A DNA stretch of 64,000 bases from positions 8,992,001 through 9,056,000 of the forward strand of contig CM052816.1 in NCBI GenBank assembly GCA_028534125.1, written 5' to 3'. Positions 37,208 through 50,065 of this stretch are shown piece by piece (position 1 is the first letter of the stretch; every line of letters begins with the position of its first letter). The notes below the pieces were generated by a model, which did not search any database, had not been told where the DNA came from, and saw nothing but the letters and a program-made list of their open reading frames with translations. Source of the DNA: Lama glama. Taxonomy: Eukaryota. The translations under genes and the position numbers were made by a program.

Positions 37208-39257
37208 GCACCAAATCTGTAGATCAATCTAAAGACTACCGCCATCTTCACAATATTGACTTAAGACCCACAAACGTGGGATATCTTTCCATTTATTTAG
37301 ATCTTCTTTAGTATTTTACAGTTTTCAAAGTATAACTTTTATATTTTGTTACATTTATTTTTATGCTACTGTAAATGGAACTGTTTTCTCAATTTTATTT
37401 TCAGATTGTTCACTACAAGTGCATAGAAATACAATGGATTTTGGTATATTGATCTTGTACCCCTGAACCCTGATGAACTTGTTTGCTAGTTCTAACAGTT
37501 TTTAGTACATTCCTTCGGATTTGTTATATACAAGATCATGTCATGTACAAACACTCTGACTTCTTCTTTTTCAATCTGGGTGCCTTTCTATTTCATTTTC
37601 TTGCCTAACTGACCCGGCACGAACCTGCAGTACGGTGCTGAACAGAAGAGGGGAAAGCAGACATTCTTTTCTTCTTTTTGATCTCACAGGGAAGCAGTCA
37701 GCCTTTCACCATTAAGTATGAGTTAGCGGTGGGTCTGCCTTTGTCCTTTAAAGACACTTTTGCTAAATACATAACCCTAAATTTACAGTTATTTCCTATA
37801 GTACATAAAGGCATTATTCCACTGTTTTCTGATTTCCTTGTCGCGGCCAAAACCTCAGCTGTCAGCTTATTTACCATTCATATACAGAAGATTGGTCTTT
37901 TCTCTCTGGCACTTTCGTGATGATTTTTTGTTTCTGGTGATCTGCAGTTTCACTATGATGTGTGTAGGTCGAATTCTTTTATATTTTTGTACTGGGATTT
38001 ATTAAGTTTCCAAGAATCTGTCTTTCATCAGCTCTAGATAATTCACAGATGTTATCTCTTCAAACACTGTCCTCCCACTCACGTTCTCTGTTACACATCT
38101 CTAGAACTCTGATTAGATACAGTCAGACCTCACTATATTCTCCGTGTACAAACGTCTCTTTTATTTTTACCACTTTCTTATATTTGGGGGCTATACATAT
38201 ATACCCCTCTCTTCACTAAGTCTTACAGCTTTTTAATTCTCCCTTCAGCAACATTTGATCTGCTATTTAATCCATACGTTGAGTTTTTAATTTCAAATAT
38301 TATATTTTTTGTTTCTAAAACATACGTTATTTGTCTCCTTTTCAAATCTGCTGTGCTATTTATTATAATGTGTTGTTTCTTGCTAATTTTTCTGGCTCAT
38401 TTAAATGTATTGAAAGTAATTATTATAAAATGTCAGAAAATTCCAATCTATGAAGTCTCTGAGGTTCTCCATTGTTTCTGCTGGCTCTCCCCCAGTATGA
38501 TATGTGTGTTTTTGACCATGAGTTACTCATTTTGCTAATGATGTTATCTGTAGGAATTCTAGGAGGTTGGAATAACCATAGTATGGGGCCACTTTCTTGT
38601 AAATTCTCTGTTTCAATTTTTAAAAAGCCAAACATACAGCATGAAAATAAAACGTGAGTCCATGTAAGGGATGGGTCATGGACAGGCATTTTGATTCAGT
38701 GTTATTCTTTTCTACCCAGTGCTGAATTTGGTACAGGCCAACTTTCTATGCTGTTTCCTTCTCCAGTTTACTTCTCATCCATCTAGACACTGAGAGGAAG
38801 CTCTCTGTAGGGGGAAATCTCAGCATTACTCACAGGTCTCCTGTTAGAATCCTACTTTGATCAGGCTCTCGGCTCTGACTCCTATTCTCATGATCCATAT
38901 AGTCATCAAGGTAAAAGTTCAAGGTCTTAAGATTTAGCATAAATCATCAGGATTAAACCTGGCATTGGCAGTCACACCTGGATTTCTGCTTTTTTAAAGA
39001 AAATTTTTCACCTCTGCAGGTTCCTTCCTTTCATGTCAGTACAGTAGTGCACATTAAAAGGGTCATACAAGAAATTCATAAGAGATTTTAGATTTTTCAA
39101 ATGAGAAGGCAACTAATTGAGGGCAACTAATCCCTATATTGGTTACTGCTGGAAACAAAAATCCTCTCTCAGCAAGCTGATGTTGAAAATATGGAGAAAA
39201 ATAACAGTCTTTTTTGTTCTTAAAACCTCCATTAAAAGGGTTTCTCTAACCTCCCTA

Positions 39258-39720
39258 TGGTAGACTGTCAAAATGCCAAATTCGTCCCTTCTCTGTATTC
39301 ACATCCTTGAAATCTGAAGCTGCAGATCCTCCCACAAAAGGCAACATTTGTTTCTCCACAATCTTGAGTCTGGCTTGGCCATTTAACTTGTTTTGGCCAC
39401 TGGGACATTAACAAGTACAACACATGCTGAGGCTTGAAAAGGTCTTGCTTATTGAAGCCTGTTCTCTTGTTGCATTTGGATCCCTGAGACCACCATGCAG
39501 ACGAGTCCAAGCCAGCCCTCTGGAGGATGAGAAGCCATATGGAGACAACTCAGGTCAAATGCCTGCCAACCACTGCCAGCTGAGCCCTCATAAATCACAA
39601 CGAGGTGAGCAGACAAGAGCAGAGCCAGCTCAGATTGGAAGAACTGCTCAGCCAACCCAGAGAATCATGAGCTACACAGAAGATTGCTTTAAGCCATTAA
39701 ATTTTGGCTTAAAGTAAAAG
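39258..39720 (+). mobile_element. MaLR LTR (MLT1F/G-like)
   Basis: tggtagactg...gatcctccca...cttgagtctggcttggccat...ccagccctctggaggatgaga...gagccagctcaga...tgctttaagccattaaatttt. Confidence 0.7.
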
Positions 39721-40059
39721 GTAACAAATCCAATCTCTTAAGAATATATTTGCAGACTCATAGCTCAAACCTCCTTACAACAATTTTATTACACTTTGTC
39801 CTGTCTCAATGTGTAGGGATGTTAACAATGGTCACTCACTAAGATACTCTTGCAGGTCAACTTGCAACAAGGGGGTTTGCCAATTCTCAACATAAAATTT
39901 AAATCATATCAATTAAAATATATCCCATATAAGCTTCCATGGAACAAATTAGGGAATATGACTATGGAATTTATTTGCTCAGTATAGAGTCCAGTTAGAT
40001 CCTGAGGAAAGAAATCTGGGATTTTACTCAATGGCAGAGAAAGTCAATCTCAGATATGT

Positions 40060-40530
40060 GAGGCTGAGGTTGGAAACAGGTACTAAAATGAAAAGACCTG
40101 GGGTTTCAACGGACACTAAATTCAATATATATATTAGTGGTGTGAAGTGGTTCCTTAGGAAGTTAATTCAATATCAGTCACATTAAAGGGATGTGGACCT
40201 TACTGTACTTGGAGACCTTGACAACTGTGGTCTGTCCTGGGCATTATGCTTTTAGGAATGATAGTGACAAACCAAAAGCGGATCAAGGGGGAAGACTCCA
40301 GCATGATGATACAAGTTGGAATCATTTCAGATGAGGCCTAGTTTAAGGATGTGCAATTTAACTGGGCACGGGGCAGACTTGGCGGCCCCAGGGAAAAGCA
40401 ATCACACAGTGCTCACCAAACTCCATGAGGACAAATCTAAAACCCACAGAGGAAATTATAGGTTTTTGGTCAAACATTTTCTAAATCCAGAGGACAATCC
40501 AACATCAGAGTGGCTGCTCTGTAAAACAGA
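40060..40530 (+). mobile_element. Ancient CR1/L3 LINE fragment (region 3' of RT)
   Basis: gaaaagacctggggttt..., ctgtggtctgtcctgggca...ttttaggaatgatagtgacaaac, resembling L3; highly diverged. Confidence 0.55.
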
Positions 40531-40813
40531 AAGCCTGGAAGAAAAGGTCAAGAAGTGGAGGCAGGAGTGGCATTTGCCAAGGACACTGGGGCAGGGAGCG
40601 TCACCCTGTTTGGGCCAGAGGGCTCTCCAGGCTCCTTCAGCTGAGTCCCTCTTCCTAGGATCCTGCCACTAGCAAGACTTCTAGGGAACTCCTAGCTTGG
40701 TTGAGTCTAGGGTTCTATAAATTAGCTGTGGATAAGCTGTCACAATTAGAGGGAGCCCAGCAACCATCTGCTCCTAAATTATAAACCCTACTGAGGTCAA
40801 GAAGTAGCTTCTC

Positions 40814-42879
40814 AAGGTAAAATTGGCACCATATGCTGCAGACATGATACTGTATATAGAAAACCCTAAAAGCTCCACACAAAAACTACTAGAGCTGATA
40901 AAGGTAAGGTAGCAGGATACAAGATTAACATACAGAAATCAGTTGCATTTCTTTACACTAGCAATGAAATAGCAGGAAAAGAAAGTAAAGAAACAATCCT
41001 TTCAAAAATGACATCAAAAACAATAAAATACTTAGGAATAAATCTGACCAAGGAGGTGAAAGACTTATACAGGGAGAACTACAAAATACTGATTAAGGAA
41101 ATTAAAGATGACTCTAAAAAATGGAAAAATATCCCATGCTTTTGGATTGGAAGAATCAATATTGTTAAAATGGTCATACTGCCCAAGGCAATCTACAGAT
41201 TTAATGCAATCCCTATCAAATTACCCATGACATTTTTCACAGAACTAGAATAATCCTAAAATTTACATGGAATCACAAAAGACCCAGAATTACCAAAGCA
41301 ATATTGAAGAAAAAGAATGAAACTGGAGGAATAACCCTCCTAGGCTTCAGAAAATATTACAGAGCTACAGTAATTAAAACAGCATGGTATTGGCATAAAA
41401 ACAGACATATGGATCAATGGAACAGAATAGAGAGCCTAGAAATAAACCCAAAGACCTACAGTCAGTTAATCTTCAACAAGGAGACAAGAATACACAATGG
41501 CAAAAAGACAGTCTGTTCAGCAAGTGGTGTTGGGAAAACTGGACACCCACATGTAAATCAAAGAAGTTAAAACACTCCCTGACACCATACACAAAAATAA
41601 ACTTAAAATGGCTTAAGGACTTAAATATAAAATAAACCTTCTAGAAGAAAACAAAGGCAAAACATTCTCTGACATAAATCTTAGCAATATTCTCCTAGAG
41701 TAGTCTACCCACGCAATAGAAATAAAAGCAAAAATAGACAAATCAGACCTAATTAAACTTATCAGCTTTTGCACAGCAAAGGATTCCATAAGCAAAACAA
41801 AAAGACAACCTATGGAATGGGAGAAAATATTTGCAAATGATGCGACTGACAAAGGTTTAATTTCCAGAATATATAAACAGCATATACAAACTTAGTAACA
41901 AAAAACCTCAAACAATCCAATCCAAAAATGGGCAGAAGACCTAAACAATTCTCCAGTGAAGACATACAAATAGCCAACAGGCACATGAAAAAATGCTCAA
42001 ATCACTAATTATCAGAGAAATGCAAATCAAAACCACAATGAGGTATCACCATACACCAGTCAGAATGGCCACCATTTAAAAGTTCACAAGTGATAGATGT
42101 GGGAGAGGGTGTGGCAAAAAGGGAATCCTCCTACACTGTTGGTAGGAATGTAGTCTGGTGCAGTTATTATGGAAAACAGTATGGAGATTCCTTGAAAGAC
42201 TAAAAATAGACTTACCACATGATCCAGCAATCCCACTCCTGGGCATATATCTGGAGGGAACTCTAATTCGAAAAGATACATGCACCCTAATGTTCACAGC
42301 AGCACTATTTACAATAGCCAAGACATGGAAACAACCCAAATGTCCACTGACAGATGACTAGATAAAGAAGCTGTGGTATATTTATACAACGAAATACTAC
42401 TCAGCCATAAAAAAGAGTAAAATAATGCCTTTTGCAGCAACATAGATGGACCTAGAGATCATCTTTCTAAATGAAGTAAGCCAGAAAGAGAAAGAAAAAT
42501 ACTGTATGTTTTCACTCATACGTGGAATTTAAAAAAAAAGAAAAAACAGGACACTAATGAACTCATCTACAAGACAGAAATAGGCTCGCAGACATAGTAA
42601 AGAATCTTATGGTTACTAGGAGAAAGGGTGTGGAAAGGGATAAATTCGAGAGTTTGAGATTTGCATATGTTAGCCACTATATATAAAAATAGATTAAAAA
42701 AAATCAGATTTCTTCTGTACAGCACAGGGAACTATATTCAATATCTTGTAATAACCTTTAATGATAAAGAATAAGAAAATGAATATATGTGTGTATATGC
42801 ATGACTGGGGCCTTGTGCTGTACACCAGAAATGGACACACTGTAACTGACTGTACTTCAATTAAAAAAAAAAACAAAAC
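40814..42879 (+). mobile_element. 5'-truncated L1 (ORF2 RT to C-terminus, 3' UTR, poly-A), antisense to ABLIM3
   Basis: Begins at a degenerate RT motif [19 protein letters not shown]. Later peptides include [48 protein letters not shown] and [12 protein letters not shown], with stops and frameshifts. Poly-A tail; diverged TSD gaagtagcttctc (40801-40813) / gaagtaccttccc (42880-42892). Confidence 0.95.
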
Positions 42880-43325
42880 GAAGTACCTTCCCCTTTGTTA
42901 AATCTAATCTTTGAGAATCCTCACACTTATCTCAGAGCAATGCCACATCTTAGCCAGGACAGCTTGCTCTTTCACTGACTTTCAAACTTATTTACAGGCA
43001 CAAACCAGGAGTCGTCTCAGATATGGCACGTTAGCTTGCAGAACTGCCTTCTTCCTTCTGGGCCAGCACTTCCACGCTGGGTCACCAGACTCCCTCCTTC
43101 CTCCGTATCACACCACCACCCTCACCCTTGCCTCTCTCTTCTCTTCACACCAGCTGCTTAAGGGAGAATTCTCACAACTCAAGGAAGGACCGCTCAAGGG
43201 AGGTCTCTTTAGGCCTCTATAGGTGTCTCAGCTGCCTGTGTTTGTTCTGCCTGCCCTGTGGCACGTCCTGGGGTGAGAGCATGGCCAGGAATCTGAGGAG
43301 GAGGTTGGGAAATCAGACTTCCTAC

Positions 43326-43463
43326 CTTGACAGGTGAAGCATCTGATGTGGAAGTGGTTATTGTGGACACGAACCACCTCCCCTTTGCAGGTGTCTCCGC
43401 ATCGGTAGCACTGGATGACATTGGAGCTGCCTCGGGGATTGTAAGGATTCTGTTGATAAGGAA
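43326..43463 (-). CDS. ABLIM3: ABLIM3 coding exon, 138 bp (N-terminal part of LIM1)
   Basis: Acceptor ttccttctacag|TT CCT TAT; donor CAA G|gtagg. Encodes (I)PYQQNPYNPRGSSNVIQCYRCGDTCKGEVVRVHNNHFHIRCFTCQ; phase 1 to phase 1. Confidence 0.97.
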
Positions 43464-44980
43464 CTGTAGAAGGAAACAGAGAGATCGTCATTCACAGGGC
43501 CCTCATTCTTTAAAAAGCCTGCCGTAAGACATTATTATAATCTTAACTGGCAGAAAAAGCAGAAAGGGTGAGAATGATTAGCAAAGTACCTTCAGGACAT
43601 CATTAGGCGGAATACGCCAAGCTAAGGCACCAGCCGAAGGTGAGTGGCATTAAGACGTGAGTCCATACGTCCCTTAAGCAGGCAGACCTTATGAGTGAAC
43701 ATAACCTTTTCTTGCAACACTAGAAGCCAAATTCATGAATGAAGAAAAATAAAAGAGGAAGTAGAGTATCTTGAGGTAAAAGATCTAGAAAGATGATTTC
43801 TTGGGAAAATTCTGGATCAATCCCAGGCCCCAAACACAGGTCTTGCAATTGACTCATGGGTCTCAGGGAAATGGGTAGCTGACCTTGCCGCCAGCTGGCC
43901 TTTTTGTTCAGCAATTTCAGCCCCTCTCTTCAGTTCAGTTTTCACATCTTTAAAATGAAGGTGGTCCATGGTGGCACAGACTTTCTATAAAAGAGGCACG
44001 AAGGGAGGCACTCTGGTTGGAAGGAGGCTGACAAGGCGACTCCTCTTACAGCTGCCTCTGACCAGCACTCTCCGAAACACTGAGAAAATGTCAAATGTGT
44101 GTAACTAAGAAAAAAGGGCTGGTGGAGATTATGAAGGGGCTAAAGTCACTGGCGCCTGCAGTGCCGTGGACGGCACCTGGTGATGCTGTGGACCTACACC
44201 AGCCTTTGGAGGCTACTGATCTCTTGCTTAGACTTTCTCATGGCCACTTTCCTAGACTTCTTTTCCCTAAAATGCACTTTGCTCGACCAATCTAAAATTT
44301 GGTCATCCAGTATTCAATAATAACAGGCACTTGCCTAGAACATAAAGTTTCAGGGTTGGAAGGGATATTAACAGCTGTCTGGTCCAAGCTCATTATGTGT
44401 AAATTGCTGAGATAACTTTGCCAATGAGGAACCAAATCTCTCTAGGAGGAAGCCACTAGGGGCACCGGGGAGCGAATCACTCAATTCCTCAATTGTCACT
44501 CCAGGTGAGGCAATAGTCCACAAGGGTCTGCTCGGACACTATTAGGAGAAGGCTCACTCTTGTCCCAGTTATAAAGATGACCCTTGACTGGAAGGGAATT
44601 GGTGTCTGTCATTTAGACACGTAGACTTATCATTTAGACACATAAACCTCTGAATAAGCATAATATAGGTTAACCTGGACTCACAGAAACCCTGAACTGC
44701 CAAGGAACCTAGAGATCACCTAGTTCAGGAGTTCCTGATCAAATGTGGCAGTTGTTATTATCTGTTCACTGAAATTTGAATCTTTTATTCTCAGCACATG
44801 AAAGATTACACGTGGCATCTGGCTTGATGATGAAATGTGAATGGAAATTGTGTGCCAATTCCAACAGGAAGCCCCAGGAGCCAGTATGTGATCTGCCATG
44901 TTGCCTTTCATAGCCCAGAAACCAGTAGTGCCCCAGATGGGGTGCAGGATGCAGCATCTCGGATTCTTGAATGAGGACTG

Positions 44981-45480
44981 NNNNNNNNNNNNNNNNNNNN
45001 NNNNNNNNNNNNNNNNNNNNNNNNNNNNNNNNNNNNNNNNNNNNNNNNNNNNNNNNNNNNNNNNNNNNNNNNNNNNNNNNNNNNNNNNNNNNNNNNNNNN
45101 NNNNNNNNNNNNNNNNNNNNNNNNNNNNNNNNNNNNNNNNNNNNNNNNNNNNNNNNNNNNNNNNNNNNNNNNNNNNNNNNNNNNNNNNNNNNNNNNNNNN
45201 NNNNNNNNNNNNNNNNNNNNNNNNNNNNNNNNNNNNNNNNNNNNNNNNNNNNNNNNNNNNNNNNNNNNNNNNNNNNNNNNNNNNNNNNNNNNNNNNNNNN
45301 NNNNNNNNNNNNNNNNNNNNNNNNNNNNNNNNNNNNNNNNNNNNNNNNNNNNNNNNNNNNNNNNNNNNNNNNNNNNNNNNNNNNNNNNNNNNNNNNNNNN
45401 NNNNNNNNNNNNNNNNNNNNNNNNNNNNNNNNNNNNNNNNNNNNNNNNNNNNNNNNNNNNNNNNNNNNNNNNNNNNNNNN
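44981..45480. other. Assembly gap (500 N)
   Basis: Run of exactly 500 N; sequence resumes with an A8 run. Confidence 0.99.
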
Positions 45481-46997
45481 AAAAAAAAGTTAAATGAGTT
45501 AACTAGTTAACTGAATCTATTAAATAACTCAGTAAATGGGCTAATACATGTAAACATTTCAAAAAGTACATGAAGTGCTCCACAAACATATCCAGTGCTC
45601 CACTGTTATCATGATCATCACATTCTCCCCACAGCTCAGAGCAATCCTTCCTCACTCCCCAGAATGTCCACGAACGTTCTCTTTAGTCCTATCTCCTTTG
45701 CTTCCAATTCCTGCTCAATGTTCCCTGGAAAATATTTCACTCTGCCCTCTCCCCCAAATTTGTAAGAAAAATATGGATTCTATTTATATGACCAGTGTAA
45801 TGATCTACTATTGCTGAGCAAAACAAAGCTGTGAGTCTGAAAATAAAATAAGAACAAAGAGTATAATCATCACCATCAATGGTGAGAGCTCTTGAAACTA
45901 TCCAAAAGTTCTTCCAGAATCACTGCACACATTTTTCATCTATTTCTTCTAATTCATCCCACCTTATTGCTCAAGAACCAGCTTCTAAGATCAGTTAAAT
46001 TTCTCCATGATGTGATTTTCTGGGGTGATGCACTAGTGATCATGGTCTTCAGTCAAAACTCAGTCTTTGAACGATTCAGATAAAAAAGCATAAAATCAGA
46101 GGGAGGGGACGGCTTGGGAAAATGGACCTTCTCGGGCATAGTTACCCATGGGCTCCCAGCCCTAACTCTGCTGCTTCTTTCAGGATGAGGGTGCTACACT
46201 GGTGATGCTGACTGTCAGCAGAGCCCACACATGTCTGATGTTTATAAACAGCCCCATAAACAGAAATGCATGCATCACTGGTGTGAGTTCTTACAGATTG
46301 CTCGTGTAAGCCGTGAGTATAAAAGGGCAGCAATGTAACAAGATTTGAGCTCACAGACGTGTGAAGACCTCTCCTTACCCAGGCTGTGCCAACAGGAACT
46401 CTGTGGGTCAAGGGAGGCTCCACTGAGACATGCCACATCTGCTCTTGCCCTGGAAGCCACCTCATTTCCAGTAAGATTTTGCCTTACTGGTTAATTAAAT
46501 CAGCAAAAGAATCTAACTTTATTCTGTGCGTGTGTATCATTTCTTTCTTTGTATATCTCTTCTTCCTAGGGGAGGCTATCATTTCTTCCCACAACCTATA
46601 ATCCCCTGCTTTGAAATTCTAAAATTGTATTGTTGATTGTTTGCTGATTATTATTTCCATTAATTTTTATCTCAGAAAGTACTAAAATTCAGTCATGTGA
46701 TTTACAACATTTATCCTATGGGCAAATGTCTTCTGAATTCCAAGTTGACTTATACATGAGTTTTTAAACTGTCTCATGTTAGGAGCTGCCTGTTCTTGAG
46801 AGCAACATCTGATAGCAGCCATAAGCTCAAAGGAGATTAGCTCTGCTCACTTGTGAAATAATCCATGGGTTAACAAGTTGACATATGGATCATATGGTAG
46901 AGTTCTAAACTGTGTGCAGGGAACCTGTGGTTTCTATTTTATGTTATTTGACCAATGAAGTGTACCCAAGAGAAACATTCCCAGTTACTAGTCCTTA

Positions 46998-47212
46998 AGC
47001 AATGGTGTCCAATAAAATTTTTTGAGATATGGAAATGTCCTATAGCTGTGCCATCCAATATAATAATTTCTAGCCATATGTGGCTATTGGGCACTTGAAA
47101 TGTGGCTACTGTGACTGAGGTAATGCATTTTTAACTTTATTTAATTTTAATTAACATACACTTACACTGAAACAGCCACATGTGGCTAGTGGCTGCCATA
47201 CTGGACATAGTA
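46998..47212. mobile_element. MER3-like hAT DNA transposon
   Basis: tgtccaataaaatt...atggaaatgtcctata...tagccatatgtggctattgggcacttgaaatgtggcta...agccacatgtggctagtggctgccatactggaca. Confidence 0.8.
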
Positions 47213-49814
47213 GCCTTATAGTTTCACAAATGGAACACCAGGCATTGAGAATTGGGAAAAATAAATTAAACCTGGTTGAATCCTATTTACATAAATACAT
47301 GTACAAATTAATTTGGGAATACACCTCAGACTTAAATTATTCCGTTTTATTCCTGAAGAGTTTTAAAGTTGTATCTAAAAAATAATTTGCAATAAGAACC
47401 CATGACTCATACATGTACCCACTCTGAATTTTATCTGCAAACAAAAGATTCAGAGCAGTGAAATACATACTGATTTTTGAAAAAGAACAATTTTCCAGAC
47501 ACCATAAGATTGAATAATCTTAACCTTTCCAAGAACAAAAGCAAGAAATTCAGTTGGCGACGGCTGTCAATATAATTTTTTTTAAGACAGAAAATCAGTT
47601 GGTCAATGCCTATGTGATTAAAAATCAAGGATCTGAAACAGTGAATATTCTTCTATATGCATACCAAATCTTCAGCGTTCTGTGAGAAAATACATCACAA
47701 TTCCACAACTAAGTTTTCTAGTAAAGCTCTTCCCTAAATGCTACCAAGATCATCTAAAATTATTGAAGCAAAACAATGTATTGGAAGGAGAGGGGTGACT
47801 GGCTCCGTTGGAAGTTAAAAGGAGCACATGAGTTGAACACAGCAGAAAAAAGATTCAGCATCTGATTCCTCCACCTGGCTCTTCCTTTCTCCCTCTGTCA
47901 TTCCCCATCTCGTGTGTTTCTCTCTGGTGGGAAGTGTCGGGGGTAACCTGGGTTCCAATTTCCTCTCTGCTGTCATTAATATTAAGCAAATACTGTAACT
48001 TTTCCAGTCTCAATCCTTGCCTTAGTCACTGAGGAGGTTGGAGAAAATGATTTATAAAATTCCTTCCAATTAAAAACGGATTCTGGCTCTGTGTGTCCTT
48101 TTCTGGGCCTCTTTCTTTCCCTCCACTCTGTCCTCTCTCCATTAACTGGTCCCACTTTTAAACTAGACTGTGCTGTATGTCATCAGATTTACTAGTCTCT
48201 CTTAAAAGCAGACAATGGCCTGATTCCTCTCTCATAAACAACACAACCTAAGTGACGTTCTCTTTAGTGGTGCCGGCACAACTTTCTTTTTCCCTTGCTT
48301 GAAGGTCACTTGACCTTGTGGATAAAAATGTTCCCACATTCTAATTGAGTCGTCTTTAAAATAGTCTTTAAAAGGTAGAAGCACCTATGCAATACTGGGG
48401 TATAATTAAAAGAGTGACAAAACTGACGTGGAGAAAATATAACAACTGTGAATAATTGGCTGGAAGTGTAATAAAAACAGTGGAGCTCCTGGTTGAATAG
48501 TGAAACATCAAGCAGAGAATCAACCAGTTTAGCAAGGAGCCTGCAACGGCCTGGGGCCCAGGAAAGCCACCAGGGGCAGCAGCTGTCACACGCCAGCTCC
48601 CAAAGTGCCTGTAGCGTGTTCGCAGGTATTTGCTAAAGACTGAAGAAGGGATTCAAGTAAGGGTTCAGGCATTAGAAAGCTGTCTGCCTGAAAGGTTAGG
48701 GGAGAGACATAAGAGTTATCTGGTAGTTTGGAAAAGGGCCCTTGGGCTTGATTTTGGAGCTGGATGAGAATGCAAGGCGCTGATCCTATTTCCTAGGGTG
48801 AGACCACAGAGACGGGATCCCTGCATTGGAAGGGATGCAAAGAAGCTCACGGCACGCTGGAGTCAGGAGGGCTGCATCTGGATGCCAGCCACGCTGCTGC
48901 TCACTCGCTGGCTGTGTGACCTTGCCAAGTTATGAGACACCGGTCTCAAGTCTGCTCATCTCTAGAGTGGGAATAACTTCAGTCATTTGTGAGTATGAAA
49001 TTACCTAAATCATATAAATGAGCTTAGTACACTGCTTGGCATGTAATGTGGGCTCCGTAAGTATAAGCAATACTTAATATTAAAGAATCCTCAAAGCCAT
49101 CTTCTACCCCCACCTCCTACTCAACGCAGAAATTCTTTCTAAATTACTATCTCTATCAGTTTGCCACTGAGCTTTGCTGGAACATTGTCAAATCCATTTC
49201 TGGACCAGTCCAGCTTGGGCAAAGGTCTTCTGGTTTTCCCTCCCTGCTGACTGCCAAGAAAAAAGCCATTGGCTGCAGCCCATTCCACCTCTTTTTTTCT
49301 GCCCCATCTCTGAACTCTCTCTGTTCTGGGATTTCTTTGAGCTGCAGAGGTGGGTGGCTGACATGCTTTTGATATATCCTGCAGAGGAATGTGTGAATTG
49401 GGTGTTTCCTGTTGTGGCAATGAGAGGCTATGATCTATGTTATCCTGGGGTGGTGTATTTTGGGCACATCTGCTGTTTCTAGAGGGATGTGTTAGCGGGC
49501 TTGTTGTGTGCCCACACTTCGAGTAAGTGAGTAATTTGTTTTCTGAAAACTCTGACAGGGAGACTGTGAGAGCTACTTGTGGTAACCCCTTAGGGTCATG
49601 CAAGTGTCATCACTGTGCCGTTACATCTGCATTCCTTGTTCCTTGCGTGAATTCCTGGAACCAGACTTTCAGAGCTGAGGTTTAACGTTAAAACAAGTGG
49701 GCTGGGTGTGGTCAGTGTATCAAGAGGCAGAAGCATAGGAGGGAGTTTGGGATGGAAGATACGCGTGAAGAAATCGAAGGGGTAAGTGCACAAGGGAAGG
49801 TCTGGGGGGATAAT

Positions 49815-50065
49815 AACAGGTAACGTACAGGGAGTGGTTACTCTGTCAGGAACTGTGCTCAGCAATGTACGTACGTCATCCCCCTGAGTTTTCACGATTC
49901 AGGAGGGGCTGTTACTATTATCCTTATTTTACAGATGAGGAAATGGAGGCCCAGAGAGCTGAGCTCATTTGTCCAAAATCACAGTCAGTAAATGGCAGAG
50001 GTCGGATCTAAACCCAGGCAGTCTGACTCTAGAATCTGGGTTCTCACCACTAAGCCTTACTGCCT
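49815..50065 (-). mobile_element. MIR SINE
   Basis: ttattttacagatgaggaaatggaggcccagagag...tgtccaaaatcacag...aaacccaggcagtctgactctaga, reverse MIR core. Confidence 0.85.

Larger units (their letters stand above)
34705..38700 (-). mobile_element. Cluster of old L1 fragments (L1M-type) interrupted by younger elements
   Basis: Minus-strand L1 ORF2-like peptide [53 protein letters not shown]...DRHIDQ (36610-36830), plus typical L1 3' motifs (attcccaccag, tttggagaaatgtctattc). Confidence 0.85.
1543..43463 (-). other. ABLIM3: ABLIM3 gene body (partial: internal coding exons; 5' start exon and 3' exons outside the window)
   Basis: Seven minus-strand exons give IPYQQNPYNPRGSSNVIQCYRC...HRRTSETSISPPGSSIGSPNRVIC, recognised as mammalian ABLIM3 with tandem LIM zinc fingers. 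All have AG/GT boundaries. Phases match at every junction except the one spanning the N gap. Confidence 0.97.

Noticed and set aside
41008..42361. L1 ORF2 peptides as functional CDS
   Set aside because: 5'-truncated with multiple stops and frameshifts; a dead element.
1543..43463. ABLIM3 as a pseudogene because of the phase mismatch
   Set aside because: All visible exons have intact frames, zinc-ligand residues and splice sites; an assembly gap sits in the interval where the missing exon is expected.
44609..44650. Direct repeat tcatttagacac with a 21-bp period
   Set aside because: Only two copies; a simple local tandem duplication, not an array.
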